Assembly: GCA_963839705.1 (NCBI GenBank)
Contig: CAWIWL010000021.1
Span: 127,380 to 191,379 of the forward strand
Length of the DNA: 64,000 nt
From: an uncultured Acidobacteriota bacterium
GTDB lineage: Bacteria > Acidobacteriota > Vicinamibacteria > Vicinamibacterales > 2-12-FULL-66-21
Direction of reading: 5' to 3'
The notes beneath the pieces were generated by a model. The model did not search any database. It had not been told where the DNA came from and saw only the letters and a program-made list of their open reading frames with translations. This document shows positions 18,259 to 27,740 of the stretch, in pieces; the first letter of the stretch is position 1; the number at the start of each line of letters is the position of its first letter. The position numbers were made by a program, and so were the translations under genes.

Positions 18259-19521
18259 ATGAGCCACAAGCAAATCGAGACCGTTGCCGGTGGAGGCCTG
18301 TTGCACCGTCGGCTGTTTCTTTCGTCGAGCCTGGGTGCGGCCGGCCTTGCACTGTTGCGAGCGCGCCCGGCGGACGCGGCTCAACAGGACGTTCCGTCGT
18401 GGATGAAGAGTCCAGGACAAGCTCTGCGACCGTATGGCGATCGGTCGCCGTACGAGTCGGCCGTGCAACGCATTGTGGCGCCGGTCACCGGCACGACAGG
18501 CTCGGGGTCTTCCCGTTCGCCGCTCGAGCATTTCGAGGGAATCATCACGCCGAGCGCGCTGCACTTCGAGCGCCATCACAGTGGCGTGCCAGACATTCCC
18601 CCAGGCGAGCACCGGCTCCTGATTCATGGGCTGGTGGATCGGCCGTTGACGTTTGACCTGGCGTCACTCTCACGCTATCCGCTGGTCTCCCGGATTCACT
18701 TCATCGAGTGTTCCGGCAACAGCGTTGGTCTCTATGCACCTGAGCCGCCGCAAGGTGGTGCCGGCGCGTTGCATGGCCTCCTGTCGTGCAGCGAGTGGAC
18801 GGGTGTGCCGTTGTCGACGCTGCTCGACGAAGCCGGCGCGCGGCCGACGGGGAAGTGGCTGCTGGCCGAAGGTGCCGATGCTGCGGCGATGAGCCGAAGC
18901 ATCCCGATCGAAAAGGCGTGGGACGATGCCCTGATCGCGATCTATCAGAACGGCGAACGCCTGCGCCCGGAGAACGGCTATCCGATGCGGCTCCTGCTGC
19001 CCGGCTGGGAAGGCAACACCAGCGTGAAGTGGCTGCGCCGGCTGAAAGTGACCGGCGGCCCCGTGATGACAAAAGACGAGACATCGAAGTACACGGACCT
19101 GATGCCGAACGGACAGGCGCTGCAGTTCACGTTTCCGATGGGCGTGAAGTCGGTAATCACCTCGCCCTGCGGCGGTCAGTCGATGCAGGGGCCGGGTCTC
19201 TATCAAATCTCTGGCATAGCGTGGACTGGCGCCGGGCGCATTCGCCGAGTCGATATCTCCGCCGATGGCGGCAAGACCTGGGCGCCCTCCGCCTTGTCGG
19301 ATCCTGTTCTGCCGAAGGCGCTCACGCGATTTCGCATGGCGTGGCGGTGGGACGGAAGTCCGGCGGTCCTGATGAGCCGGGCAGTCGACGAAACCGGCGC
19401 CGCTCAGATATCGCATCGGGCGTTCATCGCAGCGCGCGGGCCCGCACATCGTTATCACTATCACGCGATCGCCAGTTGGAGCGTGAGCGCGGCCGGGGAG
19501 GTGCGGAATGTGTACTCGTAG
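18259..19521 (+). CDS. sorA: Sulfite dehydrogenase molybdopterin subunit (sulfite-oxidase family)
   Basis: Tat signal HRRLFLSSSLGAAGLAL. Mo-ligand cysteine context FIECSGNS. C-terminal dimerisation-domain-like region. Followed by a cytochrome c gene. Confidence 0.85.
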   Translation: MSHKQIETVAGGGLLHRRLFLSSSLGAAGLALLRARPADAAQQDVPSWMKSPGQALRPYGDRSPYESAVQRIVAPVTGTTGSGSSRSPLEHFEGIITPSALHFERHHSGVPDIPPGEHRLLIHGLVDRPLTFDLASLSRYPLVSRIHFIECSGNSVGLYAPEPPQGGAGALHGLLSCSEWTGVPLSTLLDEAGARPTGKWLLAEGADAAAMSRSIPIEKAWDDALIAIYQNGERLRPENGYPMRLLLPGWEGNTSVKWLRRLKVTGGPVMTKDETSKYTDLMPNGQALQFTFPMGVKSVITSPCGGQSMQGPGLYQISGIAWTGAGRIRRVDISADGGKTWAPSALSDPVLPKALTRFRMAWRWDGSPAVLMSRAVDETGAAQISHRAFIAARGPAHRYHYHAIASWSVSAAGEVRNVYS

Positions 19522-20143
19522 TCACCGCGCGCGTGCTGAGGATGTTCGTGCGTCGCTGGTGGTGCTGGTCGTGGCTGCCAGCGTCATCGGCGTCGCCACG
19601 ACTGCCGCTCAACAGAACGCGCCCGCCTCCACGACCACACAAGCCAAGACCGCGTCCCCGACCGCGGCGCGAAAACCTGCGCCGAAAGGGCCGGGACTTG
19701 GTGTTCCCGCGACCGCGGATCAAGTCGAGTCGGCCGACATCAGCATCGGACCCGATGGGGCAGGGCTTCCGCCGGGATCGGGCACGCCCGCACAGGGCGA
19801 AGCGATTTACAGCACGAAGTGCATCGCCTGTCACGGGCTGCAAGGTGCGGGGACAGTAAACGATCGTCTGGTTGGGGGGCAGGGGACGCTCACGAGTCCG
19901 GCGCCCATCAAGACTATTGGGAGTTACTGGCCGTATGCGACGACCGTGTTCGACTACGTGCGCCGCGCGATGCCGTATCCGGCGCCCCACTCGCTCACCG
20001 ATCCGGAAGTCTACGCGATCACGGCGTACCTGCTCAGCCTCAACGGGGTCATTGGCAAGGATGCGGTCATGGACGCGAAGACGTTGCCGCAGGTCCGGAT
20101 GCCCAATCGCGGCAATTTCATCTTGTCGTATCCCGATCGGTAG
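19508..20143 (+). CDS. sorB: Cytochrome c subunit of sulfite dehydrogenase
   Basis: Overlaps the sorA 3' end by 14 nt. Signal peptide. Single heme c motif CIACHG with a distal Met region. Confidence 0.75.
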   Translation: MCTRSHRARAEDVRASLVVLVVAASVIGVATTAAQQNAPASTTTQAKTASPTAARKPAPKGPGLGVPATADQVESADISIGPDGAGLPPGSGTPAQGEAIYSTKCIACHGLQGAGTVNDRLVGGQGTLTSPAPIKTIGSYWPYATTVFDYVRRAMPYPAPHSLTDPEVYAITAYLLSLNGVIGKDAVMDAKTLPQVRMPNRGNFILSYPDR

Positions 20144-20293
20144 CGGTAGACGAGCGCCCTCCGCCATGCGTGCGGCGATAGGGTCGATGATCTGAGGCTC
20201 ATCCGAGAGATCGGACCGATAGCCGGCGTCGCGCCGCAGTTCCAGCTCGCCCTCGCGGCAAACTTTCCCGCGCAGATTCCGTCAAACGTCTTG

Positions 20294-20314
20294 TTACCCA
20301 GAGTAACTGGGTAA
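20294..20314. promoter_or_regulatory. Inverted repeat TTACCCAG-N5-CTGGGTAA, candidate PadR operator
   Basis: Perfect 8-bp arms ending 16 nt upstream of the padR ATG (20331). Confidence 0.4.
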
Positions 20315-20330
20315 GTGGATACCTACACCG

Positions 20331-20666
20331 ATGCCCGCAAAGATCCCGAACACGCTCCTCCACGGCGCGCTAAATACCTTGATTCTCAAGACGTTAACAA
20401 GAGGTCCCAGCCACGGCTACGCGATCGCCCGATTCATCGAGGAGACGTCTGGGGATAGCGTGCTCGTGGAGGACGGGTCCCTCTATCCGGCCCTGTACCG
20501 CCTCGAACGCCGGGGTTGGGTTGAGGCCGAGTGGGGCATGTCCGAACTCGGCCGGCGGGCGAAACTCTACCGCCTGACGGAGTCGGGCCGCGAGCAACTC
20601 GCCGCTGAGCTGGCAACCTGGCGGCGGTTCGCCACAGGAGTCTCCAAGGTCCTGCTCTCCACATGA
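20331..20666 (+). CDS. PadR-family transcriptional regulator
   Basis: 111 aa. Winged-helix signature GPSHGYAIARFIEE...SLYPALYRLERRGWV. Confidence 0.9.
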   Translation: MPAKIPNTLLHGALNTLILKTLTRGPSHGYAIARFIEETSGDSVLVEDGSLYPALYRLERRGWVEAEWGMSELGRRAKLYRLTESGREQLAAELATWRRFATGVSKVLLST

Positions 20667-23341
20667 GGCGCTCACTGCGTTCATGGCTCTGGCGCGTGCC
20701 GCTCGAGCGCGAAGTCGACGAAGAGCTCGCCCTGCACGTCGAGATGCGGACGCGCGAGCTCGTCGCGCGCGGCATGGATCCGGTGGCCGCACGCGAGCTG
20801 GCGCTCAGCCGGCTCGGCGACGTCGCGAGCCTCAAACACACGATGACGGCAATTGCTAGAAGGAGAGACCGGGACATGCGCCTCACTCAGTGGCTCGACG
20901 AGCTCCGCAGCGATCTGAAATTCGCCATCCGCCAGCTGAAAGGCTCGCCCGCTTTTACGCTGGTGGCCACCCTGACGCTCGCGCTCGGCATTGGCGCCAA
21001 CAGCGCCATCTTCGCGCTCGTCGATGCCACGCTGCTGCGGCCGCTTCCGTACGGCAATCCCGATCGCCTGGTGTCGATCTGGGAGAAGACCGCTACCGTG
21101 CCGCGGAGCTACGGCTCACCGCTCAACATGCTCGACTGGAAAACCCGCAGCCGCAGCTTCGAAGCGGTTGCCGGTTTCACGCCGAGTGTCGGCGGCATGG
21201 TGATGGCCGGCGCCGACGGCAACGCCGAGACGGTCGCCCGGCAGTGGGTCACGTCCGAGATCTTCGACGTCCTCGGCGTCAGGGCGATTGCCGGCCGGAC
21301 GTTCTCCGCCGAGGACGAGGCCAGGCGCGCCAACGTGGTCGTGATGAGCGAGGCGTTCTGGCGCACGCGCTTCAACGCCGATCCGGGCGTCGTCGGGCGC
21401 GAGATCCGCCTCGACGGGTCGCTCTTCACGGTGGTCGGGATCGTGCCGAAAGACTTCCAGTTGCTGGGACAGAGCAGCATCTGGGCGGCGCGATCCCTCG
21501 TCAACGTGCCGCCGCGCGCCCGCGGCGCCTACATCTTCCAGGTGGCCGGACGCCTGAAGCCAGGCGTGTCGATCGAAGCTGCCGAAGCCGATCTCGGAGC
21601 GGTCGCCGACGGTCTCGCGCACGAGTATCCGCAGACCAACAAGGGCCGCGGCATCATGCTCGAGCGGATGGACGATACGGTCATCGGCAGCGATCTGCGC
21701 CTCACGTCGATGCTCTTCCTGGGCGTCGTCGGGTTCGTGCTCCTCATCTGCTGCGCCAACGTCGCCAACCTCCTGCTCGCCCGGGCGACGGTGCGAACGC
21801 GCGAGCTCGCGGTCCGCTCCGCGCTCGGCGCCGGCCGGCGTCGCATCGTCCGGCAACTCGTGACCGAGAGCCTGGTGTTGGCGGTGATTGGCGGCGCGCT
21901 CGGAACCGCGATCGGCGCAGCCATCCTCAGCGTCGCGCCCTCGCTCGTTCCGGAGGGTCTGTTGCCGTCGAGCGTCTCCCTGAAATTCGACCTGCGGGTC
22001 GTTGCTTTCTGTGTGGCCGCGGCGGTGTTCGTCGGTCTGGTGTTTGGGGTGATGCCGGCGTGGAAGGCAACCGCCTTTTCGACCGCGGAAGTGATCGGGT
22101 CCGACACCCGGACGACGACCGGCAGCGGCGGACGGCTGCGTGGGCTGCTGGTGATGGGCGAGGTCGCGATGGCAGTGTTCCTCCTGGCTGGTGCGGGGCT
22201 CCTGCTGCGAACGCTCCTCGCAGTCGAAGCCTTCGACCGCGGGTATCGAGCCGAGAGCGTCCTCTCGATGCTCGTGGATCCGCTGGGCTCGAAATATCCG
22301 ACCGCGGAAGCACTACAGCAGTTCTACGATCAGGTCGAAGCCGAGATCGCCGCTGTCCCTGGCGTGGCAGGCGTCGCGTGGGCGAGCGATCGGCCGCTGG
22401 ATTTCTTCGACAGCGGCGGGACATCGTTCGAGATCGTCGGCGACGCTCCGCTCGACGACCGGGAGCGGCCGAGCACGGGCTATCAGGCCGTCAGCACGAC
22501 GTACTTCTCGACCCTTGACCTGCCCATCCTGGCTGGACGCGCGTTCGATCGGCGAGATATGCGCGACGGCGTGCCGGTGTGCATCGTGAACGAGGCCTTC
22601 GCGCGGACGTTTGGCGCGCGGTCACCGGTCGGCCAGCGCGTCGCGCTGCGGCCGACATCGTCGCCGGAAGCCAAGCCGGTCGTGCGCGAGATCGTTGGCG
22701 TTGCGCGGCAGGTGAAGGGACGGCCGGACGAGGCCGCGGAGTTCGTGCAGCTCTATGTGCCGATGGCGCAGGACCTCTCGGACGATACCTTTCTTCTCGT
22801 CCGGCCCCAAACGTCAACAAAGTCTGGCGGGGCGGAGGCGCTCGCGCCGTCGATCCGAGCCGCCATCTCGCGCGTGGACAAGGAGCAGCTCGTCAGCGTG
22901 CGGAGCGTGTTGACGCTCGAGGACATCGCGCGGACGGCCACCAGCCGTCACCGGTTCCGGGCCGTGATGGTGATGGCCTTTGCGACGCTCGCGCTCGTCC
23001 TGGCGATGGTCGGGGTGTTCGGGATTCTTGCTTATTCCGTGCAGCAGAGCGTGCGTGATTTCGGCTTACGCAGGGCGCTCGGCGCGACGACACATGATGT
23101 CCTCCGGCTCGTACTGACCAGTGCCGTTCGCGTCGTCGGCACCGGAGCCGCAATTGGACTCGTGCTCGCCGCTATGAGCGGCCGCCTGATCGAGACGCTG
23201 CTCTTCGGTGTGCGACCGCTCGATCCAGCGACATTCGTGCTGGTCACGGCCGTGCTGGGAATCGCGGCCGCGCTGTCCATCGTTGGGCCTGCGTGGCGTG
23301 CAACACGAATCGATCCCGCCACCGCGCTGCGAAACAGGTGA
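20663..23341 (+). CDS. ADOP-family (acidobacterial duplicated orphan permease) FtsX/MacB-like permease
   Basis: 892 aa with ATGA overlap on the padR stop. N-terminal permease-prefix region, two periplasmic domains and two FtsX-type 4-TM modules (TLALGIGANSAIF..., CANVANLLLARA...). Confidence 0.9.
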   Translation: MRRSLRSWLWRVPLEREVDEELALHVEMRTRELVARGMDPVAARELALSRLGDVASLKHTMTAIARRRDRDMRLTQWLDELRSDLKFAIRQLKGSPAFTLVATLTLALGIGANSAIFALVDATLLRPLPYGNPDRLVSIWEKTATVPRSYGSPLNMLDWKTRSRSFEAVAGFTPSVGGMVMAGADGNAETVARQWVTSEIFDVLGVRAIAGRTFSAEDEARRANVVVMSEAFWRTRFNADPGVVGREIRLDGSLFTVVGIVPKDFQLLGQSSIWAARSLVNVPPRARGAYIFQVAGRLKPGVSIEAAEADLGAVADGLAHEYPQTNKGRGIMLERMDDTVIGSDLRLTSMLFLGVVGFVLLICCANVANLLLARATVRTRELAVRSALGAGRRRIVRQLVTESLVLAVIGGALGTAIGAAILSVAPSLVPEGLLPSSVSLKFDLRVVAFCVAAAVFVGLVFGVMPAWKATAFSTAEVIGSDTRTTTGSGGRLRGLLVMGEVAMAVFLLAGAGLLLRTLLAVEAFDRGYRAESVLSMLVDPLGSKYPTAEALQQFYDQVEAEIAAVPGVAGVAWASDRPLDFFDSGGTSFEIVGDAPLDDRERPSTGYQAVSTTYFSTLDLPILAGRAFDRRDMRDGVPVCIVNEAFARTFGARSPVGQRVALRPTSSPEAKPVVREIVGVARQVKGRPDEAAEFVQLYVPMAQDLSDDTFLLVRPQTSTKSGGAEALAPSIRAAISRVDKEQLVSVRSVLTLEDIARTATSRHRFRAVMVMAFATLALVLAMVGVFGILAYSVQQSVRDFGLRRALGATTHDVLRLVLTSAVRVVGTGAAIGLVLAAMSGRLIETLLFGVRPLDPATFVLVTAVLGIAAALSIVGPAWRATRIDPATALRNR

Positions 23342-23360
23342 GTGAGACGTAACAGACCGA

Positions 23361-23492
23361 TGGCTCGTTGGTATCCATCGTGCCGTGCGCGAGCATGAAC
23401 TTCCCCTTGAGGTCCTTGGCAACGTTCTGGTTGGCCTCGACCTCGTAGCTGGGAGCACGCGCAATCGGAGGCCCGACGAATCCGTGAGCGTC
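23361..23492 (-). pseudogene. Internal fragment of an S9-family (prolyl oligopeptidase/DPP-IV type) peptidase gene
   Basis: The minus-frame translation DAHGFVGPPIARAPSYEVEANQNVAKDLKGKFMLAHGTMDTNEP matches the conserved region just before the catalytic Asp of S9 peptidases (..LKGKLLL.HG..D.NV). It is closed by TAA upstream (23493-23495) and runs into the permease 3' end downstream. Confidence 0.5.
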
Positions 23493-23584
23493 TTACGAAT
23501 CTGTCGGTACGGGGGGCTGCCTGGCAGAAAACCCGGCGCGAAGAGAGGCGCGCAGCGAGGCACGAGACTTGATGCCCCGATGGC

Positions 23585-24031
23585 ATGGCCTACCGAGGGG
23601 ACGCCACGGATCCGCTCGAGAACATGCTCAGCCGGCAGCGAGCGACGAGGAGAGTCGTGCTCGTGTTACTCGTCCTGTGTCTGCTTCCGTACCTACTTCA
23701 CATCAACTGGTCCGTGTTCGAGGGCGCGTTCGACAGCGCCAGTCCCCGGCCATCCGCGCCGATCGCGGCTCCGACTGCCAACGCGGCACCCAGCGGAAAA
23801 ATGAGTGCGAGCATGCTCGAACAGCTGCTTCGCAGCGCGCCTGCCTCACATGGAGCGCCACGTGACGTCCGGTGCCTGCCACTTCAGAAAGGTTGGGACT
23901 ACGTCTGCACGTATCAAGGCGACGCGCCGCGTCCGCAGACGCGGTGGAAGATTGGCGTACGCGTGAGTGCCAACACGATCCTGCAGGCCTCGGCGCCACA
24001 TCCGTACGACAAGTTTCTCTCGAGTCCATAG
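23585..24031 (+). CDS. Small single-pass membrane protein, paralogue A (MAYRGDATDP... / two-Cys C-terminal domain)
   Basis: 148 aa. N-terminal MAYRGDATDPLENM, TM VVLVLLVLCLLPYLL, Pro/Ala linker, C-terminal APRDVRCLPLQKGWDYVCTY...KIGVRVS. Paralogue at 27741-28241. Confidence 0.65.
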   Translation: MAYRGDATDPLENMLSRQRATRRVVLVLLVLCLLPYLLHINWSVFEGAFDSASPRPSAPIAAPTANAAPSGKMSASMLEQLLRSAPASHGAPRDVRCLPLQKGWDYVCTYQGDAPRPQTRWKIGVRVSANTILQASAPHPYDKFLSSP

Positions 24032-24099
24032 CCACCCGTCGAGCGGACGCAGACGAGTCTCCGCCGCCGATCGCGTGGCTCGTCTGTGAGCGTCAGACT

Positions 24100-26892
24100 T
24101 CAGTTGCTGCGCAGGAACGCCACGAGGTCGGCCACATCCTGCGCGGTCAGACCCAACTGCGCGGCGCTCATCATCAGCGACTCCTTCATCCGGTTGCGCG
24201 CGGCCACTCGGTTGGCCGGGATGACCTGGGTGACGCCGCCCATGCTGCGCATCATCAGCGGATCGCCCTGCTTGACGAGCAGCCCCTGGATGGTGAGGCC
24301 GTCTTTCGTGCGGAGCTCGGTGCCGTCGTAGCCCTGCGCGATCTCGGCACTCGGCCGCACCAGCGCCGTGACGATCACGTCGGCGGACTTGCCGCGTCCC
24401 CAGCCATCGAGTGCCGGTCCGAGCTCGGCTCCGATACCGCCGACCGCATGGCACATCATGCAGCGCGCGGCCGTCGTCTTGCCGCGTGCCGCGTCACCGG
24501 TCAGACGGCCGATCTCGTCGACCGAGAGCTCGGGAAGATCGGCTGCCGGCTTGGGCGTGACGATTTCCTTGAGCACGATCGTGTCGGGGTCGTAGATGCC
24601 AGCCGTCTTGAGAGCCGGCGCCAGTCCGTAGTCGGTCCAGTCGCTCGACATCCGGTTCAGCAACCACCAGGTCGCCGGCTCCGTGAGAGGGGTGTTCGGC
24701 GCGGCGAGCGTGAGCATGGCCTTGGCCGCGGCTGGATCCTGGACGAAGGCGAGGGTGTCCAGCGCGAGTCTGCGGTCGGCCGTCGACAATGTGGGCGATT
24801 GTGCGCGGGCGAGGAGGTCCGGCACGGCCGCGGGCACGTGCAAGCGCCACGCGATGCGCGCGAACGTCTCGGACCAGGTGAGGGGATCATCCTTGACGCC
24901 GAGCTCGCGCCGCACGCGCTCGTAGAGCGCCGCCTCCTTGCCGGTCGCGCCGGTCCCCAGCGCTTCCAGATAGCTGCGGTCCTTCCCGTCGTAGCCGCGG
25001 GCGATGTCGACCAGGATGCCGAGCGTCTTGTCGGCGGGCTGGTCGCGCAGCGACAGCGCGACCTCGCGCCGAACGCCGGGGTCGGTGTCGCGGGCGAGCT
25101 TCGCGGCGACGGGCATGACGTCGAGATTCGCCCGGCGCATCGCCCGGTAGGCCGCGATGCGCATCACCGGATCGGTCTGCGACTCGGGCGATCCCGCGCG
25201 CTGACTTCCCTGAGGACCCAGCTGGTAGAGCAGGAAAATCGCGCGGCCGCGAATGTAAGGGTTCGGATCCTTCAGCAACGCCGCGACGGCGTTGATCGAC
25301 GCCGGGCCACGTGCCTTCAACCCTTCGAACCCGATGGCCCGGACGTTGACCGCGGGCGAGCGCAGCGCCGTGATCTGACCATCGATGGTTGCAGCGTCAA
25401 ACTTCGGCACGTTGGAGACGAACCCCTTGGGAGCGATCCGGTAGATGGCTCCCGACAGCGAGTCGTCCAGGTCCTGATGGCCACCGACGCGTGCGTCGAT
25501 CCAGTCGCTGACATAGATCGCGCCGTCGGGACCGACGGCGACGTCCGACGGCCGGAAGAGCGTTTCCACGGCGCGCGTGACGCCGGCACTGCCCATGATG
25601 AAGTCCGACCCGGCATACTGCTGCTTCACGTTCGAAGTGATGAAGATCTTGCGGTCGAGACCGAACCCCGCGCCCTGCCGTGCCGGCTGGTAGGAGAAGA
25701 TCTCGTTGCGGCCGGCATCGGCGGCGAGGAACGTGCCCTCCCAGGACGGGCCGAGAGCGCCGTTCTCGTAGAACACATTGCCGGTCGGGGATCCGCCGCC
25801 GTACACGTCGCCGACAGGCGTCATACCGGGGTCATCCTGACGCCACTCCGACACGGGAACCGTCTGACCTGGCCGGCGGTCCGCCTGCCAGCTCCGCTGG
25901 CCGTCGTTCGACGAGAAGCCGAAGTTGGCGTACTCCATCACCCAGCTCACGCGGCACGCCGGCGGGTCGTCGTTGTCGTTCTGGAACACGTCGCCCAATG
26001 AAGTCACCGACTGCTCGTAGCTGTTCCGATAGTTGTTTCCGATGATCTCGACGTTCGTGCCGTCGGCATTCATGCGCGCGGTGAAGCCGCCGATGTAGAC
26101 ATGCCCGTCGTCGCTCGGCTTTCCGGCATAGGGTGCTGGGTCGTGCGGGTACTTGAACGGGCCGACCGGACCGGGACGATAGGCGCTGAAAATCCGGAAC
26201 GTCTTCCCAGAGCGATCGGTGAACATCGCCCCCATGTTGCCGGAGTTCCACACCCACTTGCCGTCCGGCCCCACCGTCACCGAATGCAGCGAATGGTCGT
26301 GATTGATCCCCTGGAAGCCCGTCAAGAGCACTTCACGTTTGTCGACTGCCGGATCGAAGCGCAAGTTTCGATCGACATCGGTGTAGACGATCATGTCGGG
26401 CGGCTGCGCGACGATCACCTTGTTATCGATGACGGAGACGCCGAGCGGGGCGACGAGGCCCGGTTCCTGCACGAACGTGTGCGTGCTGTCGGCCTTGCCG
26501 TCGCCGTCGGTGTCCTGCAGCACGACGATCTTGTCGCCCTCAGGCTGGCGCGCATGGTGGGAGCGGTAGCGAACCCCTTCGGCCACCCAGATCCGGCCGT
26601 CCCGGTCGATATCGATGTTGGTGGGGTTGCGCAACAGCGGCGATGCGGCCCACAGGGTGACTTCGAGCCCGTCCGGCACCTTGAAGAGGTCGAGCGGAAG
26701 TTGCACCGGCTGTGGTGGGACCGCCGGCTGTGGGGGAGCGGGCTGTACGGCCTGCTGGGAAGGCGGCTCGAATGCCTGCTGGGGCGCGACGGCCACCAGC
26801 ATCAGCGCGAGCATCACGTTCAGCGGCGAGAAGAGAAGTCGACGCATAAGTCTCCCATTCATGATCGGTCCCGATTCAGCCGGCTCAGGCAC
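24100..26892 (-). CDS. PVC-type heme-binding CxxCH protein (dehydrogenase-like beta-propeller + HEAT-like repeats + C-terminal cytochrome c)
   Basis: 930-aa intact ORF (alternative starts ATG 26862 or 26847). Signal peptide. Propeller-like N-terminal half, helical repeat region, C-terminal CMMCHAVGG heme c domain. Confidence 0.85.
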   Translation of the reverse strand: MPEPAESGPIMNGRLMRRLLFSPLNVMLALMLVAVAPQQAFEPPSQQAVQPAPPQPAVPPQPVQLPLDLFKVPDGLEVTLWAASPLLRNPTNIDIDRDGRIWVAEGVRYRSHHARQPEGDKIVVLQDTDGDGKADSTHTFVQEPGLVAPLGVSVIDNKVIVAQPPDMIVYTDVDRNLRFDPAVDKREVLLTGFQGINHDHSLHSVTVGPDGKWVWNSGNMGAMFTDRSGKTFRIFSAYRPGPVGPFKYPHDPAPYAGKPSDDGHVYIGGFTARMNADGTNVEIIGNNYRNSYEQSVTSLGDVFQNDNDDPPACRVSWVMEYANFGFSSNDGQRSWQADRRPGQTVPVSEWRQDDPGMTPVGDVYGGGSPTGNVFYENGALGPSWEGTFLAADAGRNEIFSYQPARQGAGFGLDRKIFITSNVKQQYAGSDFIMGSAGVTRAVETLFRPSDVAVGPDGAIYVSDWIDARVGGHQDLDDSLSGAIYRIAPKGFVSNVPKFDAATIDGQITALRSPAVNVRAIGFEGLKARGPASINAVAALLKDPNPYIRGRAIFLLYQLGPQGSQRAGSPESQTDPVMRIAAYRAMRRANLDVMPVAAKLARDTDPGVRREVALSLRDQPADKTLGILVDIARGYDGKDRSYLEALGTGATGKEAALYERVRRELGVKDDPLTWSETFARIAWRLHVPAAVPDLLARAQSPTLSTADRRLALDTLAFVQDPAAAKAMLTLAAPNTPLTEPATWWLLNRMSSDWTDYGLAPALKTAGIYDPDTIVLKEIVTPKPAADLPELSVDEIGRLTGDAARGKTTAARCMMCHAVGGIGAELGPALDGWGRGKSADVIVTALVRPSAEIAQGYDGTELRTKDGLTIQGLLVKQGDPLMMRSMGGVTQVIPANRVAARNRMKESLMMSAAQLGLTAQDVADLVAFLRSN

Positions 26893-26930
26893 AGCCCGGG
26901 CAAACGCTAATTGATACCACGGAATGACCG

Positions 26931-27578
26931 TTACCCGTCACCCTTCTCCTTCGTTCTTGCCGTTTTCACGGCCCGCTGCCGCTCCGGAAAGATGGTCTCG
27001 CCGCGTGCGAGCATGGCGACCAGCGCCGCGATCTTCTTCGCGCGTCCGGCTGGCGTTTTCATATAGCCGGTGCGAAACGCCAACGCGAACAGGTTCTGAC
27101 GGCCGAGAGTCTGGAAGGTCTTGCGCGCACGCTGGTTGGCCTCGATGGCGGCGCGCAGATCCTCGGGAATGGTCGATTGGCTCGCCTGGCGGAGAGGGGC
27201 ATAGGCGGCGTCCCAGCGTCCGTCGGCCCTGGCGGCATCCACCTGCCGCTGGCCGTGCGGCGTCATCCGGCCGGCTGCGGTCAGTCGCGCCACGTGATCG
27301 CGATTGATTTGGCTCCACACGCTTCGCCCCCGCCGCGGCGTATAGCGTTGGAGAAACGACCGCTCGTCGAACGACTTGCGGATGCCGTCGATCCAACCCC
27401 AGCACAGGGCGACGTCGAGCGCCTGCGCGTTGGTCACCGTCGGCAGGCCCGAGTCCTTCTTGTGAATCTTCAGCCAGATCTCGGTCTCGCGGGCATGGTT
27501 CGCCTTCATCCACGAGGCGAACGCCGCCTGGGTGCGAAAGCTCTTGATCTTGGTTGGATCAGGAATGACCGGCGCCAT
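26931..27578 (-). CDS. YdeI/OmpD-associated family protein
   Basis: The ORF extends to 27803, but homology starts at ATG 27578 (MAPVIPDPTKIKSFRTQAAFASWMKANH...EIWLKIHKK...ALCWGWIDGIRKS...YTPRRGRSVWSQIN...GRWDAAY). Confidence 0.8.
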   Translation of the reverse strand: MAPVIPDPTKIKSFRTQAAFASWMKANHARETEIWLKIHKKDSGLPTVTNAQALDVALCWGWIDGIRKSFDERSFLQRYTPRRGRSVWSQINRDHVARLTAAGRMTPHGQRQVDAARADGRWDAAYAPLRQASQSTIPEDLRAAIEANQRARKTFQTLGRQNLFALAFRTGYMKTPAGRAKKIAALVAMLARGETIFPERQRAVKTARTKEKGDG

Positions 27579-27740
27579 GAACTTCTGCCACGCCGAACCC
27601 GTTATACCAGACGACGCAACCGAGGGAACAAGATCTGTGATCGGGCTGACGAATCTGATGTGGCAGCGCACGCCGCCGGGGAAAGATCCGTTCGAAGAGC
27701 GACACCTCGTGAGGCATGAGACTTGATGACTTTCGATGGC

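Noticed and set aside
23872-26001. 709-aa ORF on the plus strand. Similar long ORFs occur at 15079-16743 (-), 12474-14126 (-), 10468-11994 (-), 33814-35178 (+), 39576-40922 (+) and 47932-49962 (+).
   Set aside because: These are antisense shadow ORFs typical of high-GC DNA. Their translations are Arg/Ala/Gly/Pro-rich with no motifs. Each is fully overlapped by an opposite-strand ORF with clear family signatures.
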